DNA of 64,000 bases from Thermoanaerobaculia bacterium (GTDB taxonomy: Bacteria > Acidobacteriota > Thermoanaerobaculia > Multivoradales > Multivoraceae). Made by a program: the position numbers and the translations under genes. This document shows positions 1 through 9,533 of the stretch, piece by piece (the first letter of the stretch is position 1; each line of letters opens with the position of its first letter). The notes under the pieces are model-generated. The model was given only the letters and a program-made list of their open reading frames with translations, was not told the DNA's origin and searched no databases. The stretch lies in assembly GCA_963664405.1 (NCBI GenBank), contig OY761158.1, positions 5,920,001 to 5,984,000 of the forward strand. The letters run 5' to 3'.

Positions 1-2270
1 AGACAGACCGAGAACTCGGCATCGTCGCAGGGCATGGGGCCGTCGTTGTCGTTGAGAGTGAGGGTCGCCTCACTGGGGCTGCCGAGAGAGGCGCCTCCAG
101 CGACATCGGCGAGAGACAGCGACACACTCTCGGCGGGCTCACTTTCGCCGTCGTCGAAGATCGGCACGTCGAAGAACTTATTGGCGGCATCCCCGTCACT
201 CCAGGCGAGGGTGCCGAAGGTGGCGGCGTAGTCGCTGCCGGCGGTAGCGGATCCGTCTGCGGTTGAGTAGTCGACGGAAACGCTGCCGTCGGAGCCTTCA
301 TCTCTAGAGACGGCCACGGTCGCCATGCCGTCGCCCTCTCCGACCGAGAAGGTCGTCGACACAAATTGCAGCTCGCCGGGGCCGGTGATGATCTCCTGCC
401 CGAAGACATAGGCCGAGCCGCTGAAGAGACCGTTGTCGTCGTCTCCGAAGGCCCCGACGACGACGTCGCTGCCTGAGACGGCGACTGAGAAACCGAAATG
501 GTCGTCTGCGGCGGCGTCGGATGCCAGGAGTTTGACGGCCTCGGTGAGGGTGCCGGCCCAGCCGCCGACGGGCTCGGTGAACAGATAGGCCGAGCCACTC
601 TGGTTGCCACTGTCGTCGTTGTTGGCTACGCCGACGGCGACGGTGCCGCCGGAGACGGCGACGGACATGCCGAATCGGTCATTCACGTCGCCGTCGGAGG
701 CCAGGAGTTTGGCGGCCTCGGTGGGAGCTCCGGCCCAACCGCCGACGGGCTTGGTGAACACGTAGGCCGAGCCGCTTTGCTTGCCGTTGTCGTCGTCGGA
801 GTCAGCGCTGCATACGACGGTGCCGCCGGATATGGCGACGGAGCTGCCGAAAAAGTCGGCTGCGGTGCCGTCGGAGGCCAGGAGCTTCGCAGCCTCGGTG
901 ACGGTGCCGGCCCAACCGCCGACGGGCTCGGTGAACACGTAGGCCGAGCCGGTGGAAGTGCCGCCGTCGTCGTCGAAGGGAACCCCGACGACGACGGCGC
1001 TGCCGGAGACGGCGACGGAGCTGCCGAAAAAGTCGGCTCCGCCACCGTCTGAAGCCAGGAGCTTGGCGGCCTCGGTGAGGGTGCCGGCCCAGCCGCCGAC
1101 GGGCTCGGTAAACACGTAGGCCGAGCCGCTTTGGCCACCGTTGTCGTCGTCGGAGTCAGAGCCGATGATGACGGTGCTGCCGGAGACGGCGACGGAGATG
1201 CCGAATCGGTCATTCACGTCGCCGTCGGCAGGCAGGAGCTTGGCGGCTTGGGTGAGGGTGCCGGCCCAGCCGCCGACCGGCTCGGTGAAGACGTATGCCG
1301 ACCCGCTTCCTGTGCCGTTGTCGTCATCGAAGGCAGACCCGACGACGACGGTGCTGCCAGAGACCGCAACCGAGCCGCCGAAGAAGTTACCTGCGGCGCC
1401 GTCGGCAGGCAGGAGCTTGGCGGCTTGGGTGAGGGTGCCGGCCCAGCCGCCGACCGGCTCGGTGAACACATAGGCCGACCCGCTTAGGTTGCCGTTGTCG
1501 TCGTCGGAATCAGCGCCGACGACGACGGTGTTGCCGGAGAAGGCGACGGACTCGCCGAAGCGGTCGTTTATGGCACCGTCGGCAGGCAGGAGTTTGGCGG
1601 TCTCGAAGGTGGGGTCGACGGTCACCGGCCATCGGACATCCGCAACCACCGTGCGGATTGTCAGGCGTTGCCCAGCCAGCTCGAGGCGCGCCGGCAACTC
1701 CCGGCCCGAAGCGTCGAAGGCGACGAGTCCGCGGTAGCGCAGCCCGGCCGCGGGAAAGCGCAGTGACCGCCTGTCCCCACCGAGAAGCGCCGATCCGACA
1801 ACCCGGAGCTCGATCACCAGGTCTCTAGCCGCCTCGCAACCGGCCCCCGGAGCTTCGACCGTGAAGCCCTGCTCGACACCCAGTGGCCCGGCGACATACC
1901 ACTCGGTGATCCCGTCCCAGGCGAGCTCGACCCGGTTGGCCAAAGCGCCCGAGCGGCGGGCGGTGGCGTCGGCAAGGGAGGACTCGCACCCCCAGCTGAG
2001 AAGACGCATCCCGACCGACCCGCCCGATCCCCTTACCTCGACACCGCCGCCTTGGAAAGACGCCACAAGCCCTTGAGCAGGGCTAGGGAGGAGGAAGCCC
2101 TCACCCTTGGCACGGGCGTGGTACCTCGTGTCCTCGGCGCCGAGTCCTGCCGAAACCAAGGGGCGCAGCCAACCGTGCTCGGCGAGGCTCGTCGCTTCTG
2201 CTGCTGGGACCAGGCCTGGAGTCAGGCACTGGAGAGTAATGACGATAGAAATCAGGTGCTCAAGCTTCAT
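1..2270 (-). CDS. Secreted FG-GAP repeat (7-blade beta-propeller) + Calx-beta protein with the shared Cys-bracketed C-terminal domain; 3' end runs off the window
   Basis: Not in the ORF track because there is no stop in the window. Manual translation from ATG 2270 (GGGAGG RBS upstream): MKLEHLISIVITLQCLTPGLVPAAEA signal, an N-terminal domain (EWYVAGPLGVEQGFTV...WPVTVDP), seven KLL-D-FG-SVA-SG-TVVVGA-GSAYVF repeats, Calx-beta, then DNDGPMPCDDAEFSVC at the window edge in the same frame. Confidence 0.9.
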   Translation of the reverse strand, partial: MKLEHLISIVITLQCLTPGLVPAAEATSLAEHGWLRPLVSAGLGAEDTRYHARAKGEGFLLPSPAQGLVASFQGGGVEVRGSGGSVGMRLLSWGCESSLADATARRSGALANRVELAWDGITEWYVAGPLGVEQGFTVEAPGAGCEAARDLVIELRVVGSALLGGDRRSLRFPAAGLRYRGLVAFDASGRELPARLELAGQRLTIRTVVADVRWPVTVDPTFETAKLLPADGAINDRFGESVAFSGNTVVVGADSDDDNGNLSGSAYVFTEPVGGWAGTLTQAAKLLPADGAAGNFFGGSVAVSGSTVVVGSAFDDDNGTGSGSAYVFTEPVGGWAGTLTQAAKLLPADGDVNDRFGISVAVSGSTVIIGSDSDDDNGGQSGSAYVFTEPVGGWAGTLTEAAKLLASDGGGADFFGSSVAVSGSAVVVGVPFDDDGGTSTGSAYVFTEPVGGWAGTVTEAAKLLASDGTAADFFGSSVAISGGTVVCSADSDDDNGKQSGSAYVFTKPVGGWAGAPTEAAKLLASDGDVNDRFGMSVAVSGGTVAVGVANNDDSGNQSGSAYLFTEPVGGWAGTLTEAVKLLASDAAADDHFGFSVAVSGSDVVVGAFGDDDNGLFSGSAYVFGQEIITGPGELQFVSTTFSVGEGDGMATVAVSRDEGSDGSVSVDYSTADGSATAGSDYAATFGTLAWSDGDAANKFFDVPIFDDGESEPAESVSLSLADVAGGASLGSPSEATLTLNDNDGPMPCDDAEFSVC
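395..1605 (-). repeat. Seven intragenic 177-bp (59-aa) FG-GAP repeats
   Basis: GSAY(V/L)F-encoding motifs recur near 409, 586, 763, 940, 1117, 1293 and 1470 (177-bp period). Confidence 0.9.
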
Positions 2271-2391
2271 TGAAGGCCTCCCGAGCTCAGTTCGCAATCA
2301 CCCGCCCGAAGTCGGACGAGCAGGTAGCCCCGCCCCGCGGCAGAGCCTTTCTCCGGGACCTCAAGCTGTTATCGCTGGCTTAATAAGCGCC

Positions 2392-2400
2392 ATGATAGCA
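2392..2400 (-). promoter_or_regulatory. Possible extended -10 promoter element (TGcTATCAT) upstream of the FG-GAP gene
   Basis: Minus strand reads TGCTATCAT about 120 nt upstream of ATG 2270, followed by a relatively AT-rich stretch. Motif match only. Confidence 0.3.
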
Positions 2401-2445
2401 GCCGTCGCTGGAGTCGCCCGGCTGGGAGATGGGCTCGACTGGCGG

Positions 2446-4016
2446 CTACAGATCGCAGGTCGGGAAGGCGCCAAGAGCCGCGGTCGTCGCCTGGATCGCG
2501 CCGGGAGGATTTGCCTGGCCGTCGGGCGATTCGGGTGCCGGAGTAAAGAACGGTTGATTCAGCTCGTTGATGAACTTGCGCACGGTGCCGGTCACCGTAT
2601 CGACGATGGTGATCTCGACCCGCACATTGGTCAGTCCTGCGATGAACACCCAAAAGTTGCGTAGCGGATGCCCGTCCGGCAGCGTGCAGGTGTCTTTCAT
2701 CTTGACCACGATCTCGACATTGCCGACTTCGAAGAACTCGAAGGAGGCGGCCGAGTCGGTGAGTTTGAAGGCCCGCGCGTCACCCATCGATCCGTCGTTG
2801 GTCTCGAAGCGGATGGTGACCAGAAAGCGATCCAGGAGACAGACCGAGAATTCGGCGTCGTCGCAGGGCATGGGGCCGTCGTTGTTGTTGATGGTGAGGG
2901 TCGCTGCACTCGGGTTGCCGAGGGAGGCGCCGCCACTCGCATCGGCGAGAGAGATCGACACGGTCTCTGCAAACTCGGGGGCGACGTCGTCGAAGATAGG
3001 AATGTCGAAGGACTTGTTACTGGCGTCGCCCTCACTCCAGTCGAGGGTGCCCGAGACAGCGGTGTAGTCGCTGCCGGCGACCGCCGAGCCGTCAGCGGTG
3101 TAGTAGTCGACCGAAACGCTGCCGTCGGAGCCGCCCTCTCTCGACGCGCTGAGGGTTGCCATCGCCTCGCCCTCTCCGACCGAGAAGGTACTCGAGGTGA
3201 ATTGCAGTCCACCCGCACTCGCGGTGTCGTTGTCGGTAATCCTGAGGGTGGCCTGGCTCGGGCTGGCGAGGACCGCGCCGCCGGTGGGAGCGGAGAGAGC
3301 GAGAGTCACGGTCTCGTTGTTCTCACTTTCAGTGTCGTCGAGGACCGCTACGGTGAAGCTTTTCGTGCCGGCCTCCTGGTCGGCCCACGAGATAGATCCG
3401 CTGGTGCCGGTGTAGTCCACTCCTGCCGTGGCCGAGCCGTTGGAAGTGGCGTAGCTCACCTGGACCATGCCGTCGCTGCCACTCACCCGCTCTACATCGA
3501 TGACCGCGTTGCCACCATTCTCCGGCTCGACGAAGACAGCTCCGGTGAAGCGGATCTCGCCGTTGTCCGCGGACGGGGGCGCCCCACCTTCGACGATCAC
3601 TGTTCCCGACATGCCGCCGCCGGCAAAGCCGTGCGCCTCGCAGTGGTACGGGTTGCTGCCGGCAGTGTCGAAAGCGAGAGTGAAGCTGGTCCAGCTGCTG
3701 CTGAGGTCGCCGTCGCCGCTCTGCCCGTCTCCGTCGCAGCCATCAGCGCAGCGAAACGAACCATCGTCCGCAGCTACATTGTGCTCAAGGTCGCTTTCGA
3801 GAGTCCAGGTAACGGTGTCGCCGACTTGAATTGTGAGCGTGGCCGGAAAGAATCTCGGATCTTGGCCTGCCCCGCCTCCCCCGTAGCCGTCGTCGTCGCC
3901 CCCGTCCGCCTCGCCCCCTAGGAGTACGACGCTATGGTTGGCCGCGGACACGGGCAGGGAGAGAGGACGCCCAGGACGAGCGACAAGGCGATCGGGAGGG
4001 TTCCTTTAGAGGTCAT
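2446..4016 (-). CDS. Plastocyanin-like cupredoxin + 2x Calx-beta + shared C-terminal domain; signal peptide disconnected by a frameshift at ~3958-3966
   Basis: Type-1 Cu ligands HNV...YHCEAHGFAGGGM and Calx-beta repeats (VSYATSNGSATAGVDY). ATG 4016 gives MTSKGTLPIALSLVLGVL, paralogous to MTSRIYPS... of the neighbour, but it is out of frame with ORF 2446-3951 at a CTCTCT tract. Confidence 0.85.
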
Positions 4017-4022
4017 CTGGTT

Positions 4023-5552
4023 TTACACGTCGCAGGTGGGGAAGGCGCCCAGAGCCTCAGTCGTTGCCTGGATCGCGCCCGGAGGATTCGCCTGGCCGTC
4101 AGGAGATTCAGGTGCCGGCGTAAAAAACGGCTGATTCAGCTGGTTGATGAACTTGCGAACGGTGCCGGTCACCGTATCGACGATGGTGATCTCGACCCGT
4201 ACATTGGTGAGGCCGGCGATGAAGACCCAGAAGTTACGCAAAGGATGCCCGTCGGGTAGTGTACAGGTATCCTTCATCTTGACCACGATCTCGACATTGC
4301 CTACTTCGAAGAACTCGAAGGAGGCGGCCGAATCGGTGAGCTTGAAGGCGCGCGCGTCACCCATCGATCCGTCGTTGGTCTCGAAGCGGATGGTGACCAG
4401 AAAGCGCGACAGCAGACACACCGAGAACTCGGTGTCGTCGCAGGGCATGGGGCCGTCGTTGTCGTTGATGGTGAGGGTCGTTACGCTCGGGTTGCCGAGG
4501 GAGGCGCCGCCACTCGCAGCGGCGAGGGAGATCGACAGGTTCTCCGCAAACTCGGGCTCGACATCGTCGAAGATGGGGACGTCGAAGGATTTGTCGGCGA
4601 CGTCGCCGTCACCCCAGTCGAGGGTGCCGGAGACCGCCGTGTAGTCGCTGCCGGCGAGCGCGGTGCCGTCGGCGGTGTCGTAGTCGACGGAGACGCTGCC
4701 GTCGGAGCCGCCCTCTCTCGACGCGCTGAGAGTCGCCATCCCTTCGCCTTCTCCAACCGAGAACTCGCTCGAGGTGAATTGCAGCTCCCCCGGGCTGGCG
4801 GAGTCGTTGTCGGTAATCCGAAGCGTTGCCTGACTCGGGTTGATGAGAACCGCCCCGCCGGTGGGGGAGGAGAGGGTTAGATTCACCGTCTCATTGCCCT
4901 CGTCCACGGCGTCGTCGAGGATCGTTACGGTGAAAGTCTTGGTGCCGGTCTCGCCGTCGGTCCAGGAGAGGTTGCCACTGGTGGCTGTGTAGTCCTGGCC
5001 GGCGGTGGCGGAGCCGTTCGAGGTGGCGTAGCTCACCTGGACCGCGCCGTCGCTACCATTCACCCGCTCGACCCGGACGACCTCGTTGCCGCCGTTCTCC
5101 GGTTCGACGAAGAGGTTGTTGGTGAAGCGGATGTCGCCGTTGTCGTCGGGTGTGGGCGTAGGCGTGGGCGTGGGCGTGGGCGCACCCCCCCCCTCGACGG
5201 TGACCGTCCCAGACATGCCGCCGCCGGCAAAGCCGTGTATCTGGCAGTGGTAGGGGTTGCTACCGGCGGTGTCGAAAGTGAGAGTGAAGCTGCTCCAAGA
5301 CGCCGTCGGGGCGCCATTGCCGCCCTGCCCGTCGCAGCCGTTCGCGCAGCGAAACGCACCGTCGTCCGCGTTTACGTTGTGTGTCCCGCTGAAGCGTGTC
5401 CAGGTAACAGTGTCGCCGGCCTGGATATTGAGATTCTCCGGGGAGAAGGAGAAGTTCCTGACTTCGACGTCGTGATCGGCAGCAGACGCGGGGAGGGAGA
5501 AGACTGCAAGGAGGCACAGCGAGGCGGCAGAGGGGTAGATTCTGGAGGTCAT
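4023..5552 (-). CDS. Secreted plastocyanin-like cupredoxin + PT linker + 2x Calx-beta + shared C-terminal domain
   Basis: Signal peptide ending ASA-A, HNV...YHCQIHGFAGGGM, a PTPTPTPTP linker, Calx-beta x2, and a C-terminal GPMPC...AFPTCDV almost identical to the paralog. Confidence 0.92.
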   Translation of the reverse strand: MTSRIYPSAASLCLLAVFSLPASAADHDVEVRNFSFSPENLNIQAGDTVTWTRFSGTHNVNADDGAFRCANGCDGQGGNGAPTASWSSFTLTFDTAGSNPYHCQIHGFAGGGMSGTVTVEGGGAPTPTPTPTPTPDDNGDIRFTNNLFVEPENGGNEVVRVERVNGSDGAVQVSYATSNGSATAGQDYTATSGNLSWTDGETGTKTFTVTILDDAVDEGNETVNLTLSSPTGGAVLINPSQATLRITDNDSASPGELQFTSSEFSVGEGEGMATLSASREGGSDGSVSVDYDTADGTALAGSDYTAVSGTLDWGDGDVADKSFDVPIFDDVEPEFAENLSISLAAASGGASLGNPSVTTLTINDNDGPMPCDDTEFSVCLLSRFLVTIRFETNDGSMGDARAFKLTDSAASFEFFEVGNVEIVVKMKDTCTLPDGHPLRNFWVFIAGLTNVRVEITIVDTVTGTVRKFINQLNQPFFTPAPESPDGQANPPGAIQATTEALGAFPTCDV

Positions 5553-5721
5553 CGCAGATCCTGTGATTGTAGCGGATGTACCAAGGATGAAAAGTCGACG
5601 CAGTCTTCCGTCTCTGGAGCTTGACGCACCTTTTGGAGAATACGGCCGCTGTGGCTCGTTGGTTTTGCGGAGGAAGGTATTAGAGGCCTCGCGCCAAGCT
5701 CAGGAGCCGCTACCCGAGATA

Positions 5722-5758
5722 GGTATGACAGTTTTTGCTGGGTATGACAGTTTTTGCT
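5722..5758. repeat. Tandem duplication GGTATGACAGTTTTTGCT x2 (19-bp period)
   Basis: Exact 18-nt copies at 5722-5739 and 5741-5758, at the 3' end of the monooxygenase pseudogene. Confidence 0.85.
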
Positions 5759-6817
5759 ATTCGGGAACAGCCGCGCTGGTGATGAAACCCATCATCATCT
5801 CGTCCGTGCTCTCGCGACCGAAGGTCACGGGGCGCCTCGAGTCGAAGCCGTAAAACCGCGGCTCGCTCCGGCGTATTCTCGAACCAGGCGGTGTATTCGA
5901 TGCGGGTGCCGGCGGGCACGAACTTGAGATCACGGAAGCGGTAGACGGTCTGCCAGCTGAAATCGTAGTCGGGCACTTCGAGAAGAACCTCGCTGGTGCC
6001 GTCCGGATAGAAGGCCTCGAACTGAGCCCCGCTGCCGCGCATATGCATATGCGGCATCAGGTTGATGATCTCGGAATCTTTAGTGAAGGTTCTCGACACC
6101 GGCCCAAGCTGATGGCGCTCGGCGCCTGGCGGGATCTCGAAGCGGTAGACGCTGAGCGGTCCGTAGCCATCCATATTGCCGCCCATCTGGCGAGTTGGAG
6201 GCTTGTCGGTGAGCTTGAAACCGATATTGGAACGGTCCCCCGGGCTTGCACTGGAAGGCGGTGATCCACATGTCTCTGTCGAGCATCTCTTCTGTGAGGT
6301 CCACCGAGAAGGCGGCGTAGAGGTCGACGACGTCGTCGCTCACCCAGTAGCGCTCCGGCATGGGTACGACGAGATCGGGCTTGCCGATCATCCAGCCGTC
6401 CTGGTTCTCGAATCACTTGGCGGGCGGCGCGTCACTGGCGGCGCCGGCGGGGGAGCCTGAGGAGGCCCAACGCACCAGCATCTCTATCTGGTCGTCGCTG
6501 AGACTACGCTCGTTGAGGAAGACTCCTCTGTGCTTCGGATGCGCGTCCCAGGGCGGCATCTCGCGGCTGGTCACCGCCTTGGCGATGGACTTCGCCCACG
6601 GGCGGACCTCCTCGTAGGTCCGCAGCGCCATCGGAGCGAGCAGCCCGCCGTAGCTGGTGCCGGCTTCTCGATGACACTCTTGACAGTTCTCTTGGAGGAT
6701 CGGAAGCACCTCTCGGTAAAAGGTCAGTGTCGCAGCGTCGTTGGCGCCGGAGGCTGCTGCCAAACCAAGGAAGAGTGTCGCAGCAAGGCTACCGAGGAAG
6801 GCGAGGTTCTTGCTCAT
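5757..6817 (-). pseudogene. Decayed cytochrome c + copper type II (PHM/DBH-like) monooxygenase-domain protein
   Basis: Signal peptide and CQECH heme motif, an in-frame TGA at 6413-6415 (PPAK*FENQDGWMIGKPD), a frameshift/deletion at ~6238 (CKPG|DRSNIG), the PHMHMRG motif, and a further frameshift near 5853 before FGRESTDEMMMGF...*. Confidence 0.85.
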
Positions 6818-6961
6818 TTGTCTGCAACAGGTGATTTGTGGATCGATCGCACGATTCTAGCCCATCGCAGGGCTTCGTCGAGCTCGTTTCGTATATCTTG
6901 GGCTTGCAGCCCGTCCGACCCCCCTGGGTTGGATGAGCCCTTCTCTCATCGGAGGCAGCGC

Positions 6962-7744
6962 TTGAGGTCGAAGAGCAGCATCTTGGTCGAGCAGAACGGC
7001 CCGGTCACAACCGTCGTGATCAACCGGCCAGAGGTGAAAAACGCACTGGATCGCGCCGCCAGTGTCGAGCTTGCGGAGGCTCTATTCGCCTTCGAGGAAG
7101 ACTCGAGCTCCCTCGCGGCGGTACTGACGGGCTCCGACGGGGCCTTTTGCGCCGGCGCCGACCTCAGCGAGCTGGCCACCGGTGAGATGTATGAGCCCTG
7201 GGCCGACAGCGCGAGGGGGCCGACCCGAATGATGCTTTCGAAGCCGATCCTTGCGGCAGTCGAGGGGCACGCCTGCGCCGGAGGTCTGGGCCTCGCTCTG
7301 AGCTGCGATCTCCGGGTGGTCGACGAGACCGCGGTTTTTGGTGTGTTCTCGAGACGCTGGGGAGTCCCTATGAGCGACGGGACGACCGTCCGCCTGCCGC
7401 GACTGGTGGGCCTGAGCCGCGCCCTGGATCTGCTGCTGACCGGCCGCGCGGTTGACGCGGAGGAGGCCCTGGCCATGGGGCTTGCGAATCGGCTGGCACC
7501 TCGGGGTCGAGCGCGGGAGGAAGCGGAGGCACTGGCCCACACCATTGCCGCCTTTCCTCAACCCGCCTTGATCTGCGATCGACGCAGTGCCTACGCCCAG
7601 TTCGATCTCGATATGCCGGGGGCTCTACATCAGGAGGCCGAAGGGAGCCGCCGAGTCCGGGAAGAGCATGCGGCTAGCGGAGCCGCTCGTTTCGCGGCGG
7701 GTGAGGGACGCCACGGAAAGGTGCCGGAAGACGACAGTGGCTGA
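6962..7744 (+). CDS. Enoyl-CoA hydratase/crotonase family protein
   Basis: INRPEVKNAL, FCAGADL and AVEGHACAGGLGLAL motifs. Start placed at the TTG after GGAGG. Confidence 0.9.
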   Translation: MRSKSSILVEQNGPVTTVVINRPEVKNALDRAASVELAEALFAFEEDSSSLAAVLTGSDGAFCAGADLSELATGEMYEPWADSARGPTRMMLSKPILAAVEGHACAGGLGLALSCDLRVVDETAVFGVFSRRWGVPMSDGTTVRLPRLVGLSRALDLLLTGRAVDAEEALAMGLANRLAPRGRAREEAEALAHTIAAFPQPALICDRRSAYAQFDLDMPGALHQEAEGSRRVREEHAASGAARFAAGEGRHGKVPEDDSG

Positions 7745-9002
7745 GCGCGACCGCGAGCTCGAGCGTTGGCGGGCTCTGGCGCGGGGCCTTGCACTCTTAT
7801 CGGGGTTGCTCGTAGTTGTTGTAACGGTTGTCTTGGTACGAGACTCGCGGAAAGTCCCGGCTCCGCCACCTCCTGTCGAAGAAGACGAGCCGAAGCTCGT
7901 CCTCGAGCCTGCCGCCTTCACCGATCTCTCTGGATGGGACGAGGATGATCTCGCGGGTTTCGGACTGGCCTTCGGAAGGTCGTGTGATGTCTTGGCTCGG
8001 CGCCCGGCGGAGACTCCTCTGAGCCGATCGGGCCTGGGCGGAACGGCGGGGGACTGGAGCCAGGTCTGTGATCGGGTCGCTGATGCGGGTGGCGATCCTG
8101 CTGCTTTGCGTGGCGTGCTCGCTCAGGAGCTCCGCCCCTGGTCGGTCCGCGACCGTGACTCCGCCGAGGGTCTCTTCACTGGTTACTACGAGCCCACTCT
8201 GCAGGGTAGCCGGCAGCGTAGCGAGCGCTACAAGGTTGCCCTTTACCGCCGTCCCGCTGAGCTACTCACAGTCGACCTCGGCTCGTTCCGCGACGATCTC
8301 CGTGGACGCAGAGTGGCTGGGAGAGTCGAGGGGACTCGTCTGGTGCCTTTCGCTGACCGCGCTGCCGTGGATGGCGGAGCCCTCGAGGGGCGCGGACTCG
8401 AGCTGGTCTGGGTCTCGGATCCCGTCGACGCTTTCTTCCTGCACATCCAAGGATCGGGAAGAGTCGAGCTCGAAGGCTCAGGCTTCTTGCGGGTTGGCTA
8501 TGCGGGGCAGAACGGCCATCCCTATTACGCCATCGGGCGGGAGCTGGTGGCTCGCGAGCAGCTCGCGCTCGAAGATGTCTCGATGCAGTCGATTCGAGCC
8601 TGGCTAGCGGATCATCCGGAGGAGGCGACGGAGGTGATGCAGCGTAACGCTTCCTTCGTCTTCTTTCGAGAGCTCGAGGGAGAGGGGCCGGTGGGGAGTC
8701 AGGGTGTGGCGCTGACTCCTGAAAGGTCGCTGGCGCTGGATCGTACTTTCTATCCCTTGGGTCTGCCGATCTGGTTGGATACGGCCCCCTCGACGGAGGA
8801 AGCCGAGGGCCCCGACCTGGCGGTCCAGAGACTGGTCGTCGCACAGGACAGCGGTGGCGCTATCCGCGGGCCGGTGCGGGGAGATCTGTTCTGGGGGCAC
8901 GGAGAATCGGCCGCCACCATCGCCGGACATATGCGACACTCGGGGAGGATGTGGATCCTGCTCCCGCGGCACCTCGAGCCCCCCGACGAGGTTCGAGGCT
9001 GA
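7737..9002 (+). CDS. mltA: Membrane-bound lytic murein transglycosylase A
   Basis: GLFTGYYEP, FFLHIQGSG, YAGQNGHPY and AQDSGGAIRG-RGDLFWG motifs; N-terminal TM helix. Confidence 0.93.
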   Translation: MAERDRELERWRALARGLALLSGLLVVVVTVVLVRDSRKVPAPPPPVEEDEPKLVLEPAAFTDLSGWDEDDLAGFGLAFGRSCDVLARRPAETPLSRSGLGGTAGDWSQVCDRVADAGGDPAALRGVLAQELRPWSVRDRDSAEGLFTGYYEPTLQGSRQRSERYKVALYRRPAELLTVDLGSFRDDLRGRRVAGRVEGTRLVPFADRAAVDGGALEGRGLELVWVSDPVDAFFLHIQGSGRVELEGSGFLRVGYAGQNGHPYYAIGRELVAREQLALEDVSMQSIRAWLADHPEEATEVMQRNASFVFFRELEGEGPVGSQGVALTPERSLALDRTFYPLGLPIWLDTAPSTEEAEGPDLAVQRLVVAQDSGGAIRGPVRGDLFWGHGESAATIAGHMRHSGRMWILLPRHLEPPDEVRG

Positions 9003-9005
9003 GAG

Positions 9006-9416
9006 CTACGCTCCGGGTGAGAGCTCCTCTGGGCGATCGCTCGCTTCCTTGGCGGCAAGGGTGTACCAATACGCCCAGAGGATCAGCAGCCCCTGGGCAG
9101 GGAAGCGCAGCCACAGGAAGCTGGTGGGGATCTCGGTGTAGAGGTGATTGTTGATCAGCATATGCACGTGCACCGGTAGGAAGACCAGGAGCATGAGGAT
9201 GATTCCCCAGGCGGCGAGGCGAGCGCTCCGCGGCGTGGCGGCCATGATCCCGAGGACGATCTCGGCGATGCCACTGAGGTAGACGAGTTGTTGGTGCATC
9301 GGAAGATACGGCGGCATTATTGATAGGTAGAACTCCGGATCGCGGAAATGGTTGACGCCAGCGACGACGTAGAACACTGCCATGCCGACGCGCAGGACCG
9401 CCTTCAGGATTTTCAT
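9006..9416 (-). CDS. DoxX-like membrane protein
   Basis: AGVNHF..P.FY..IMPPYLP...LVYLSGIAE pattern; 3-4 TM segments. Confidence 0.8.
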   Translation of the reverse strand: MKILKAVLRVGMAVFYVVAGVNHFRDPEFYLSIMPPYLPMHQQLVYLSGIAEIVLGIMAATPRSARLAAWGIILMLLVFLPVHVHMLINNHLYTEIPTSFLWLRFPAQGLLILWAYWYTLAAKEASDRPEELSPGA

Positions 9417-9533
9417 CGACTCGCCTCCCGGGGGTTCGAGTCGTCAGTATAGCTTCGCGGGTCGGCGCAGATCGAGGCCGAGGCCTGTCTTGACCGAGAG
9501 GCTGGCGTTCTCCACAATGAGAGCTCTGTGCAG

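Noticed and set aside
498-3921. Plus-strand and alternative-frame ORFs (498-1052, 683-1213, 2668-3921 etc.)
   Set aside because: Antisense or out-of-frame shadows of the FG-GAP and Calx-beta genes, expected in high-GC DNA.
1-5552. Diversity-generating retroelement (TR/VR) explaining the near-identical 3' ends
   Set aside because: There is no reverse transcriptase in the window, both complete copies are coding, and the differences appear mostly synonymous rather than adenine-specific.
6413-6415. In-frame TGA as selenocysteine or readthrough
   Set aside because: It lies in a Pro-rich linker rather than at a catalytic Cys position, and the same gene carries further frameshifts and a deletion.
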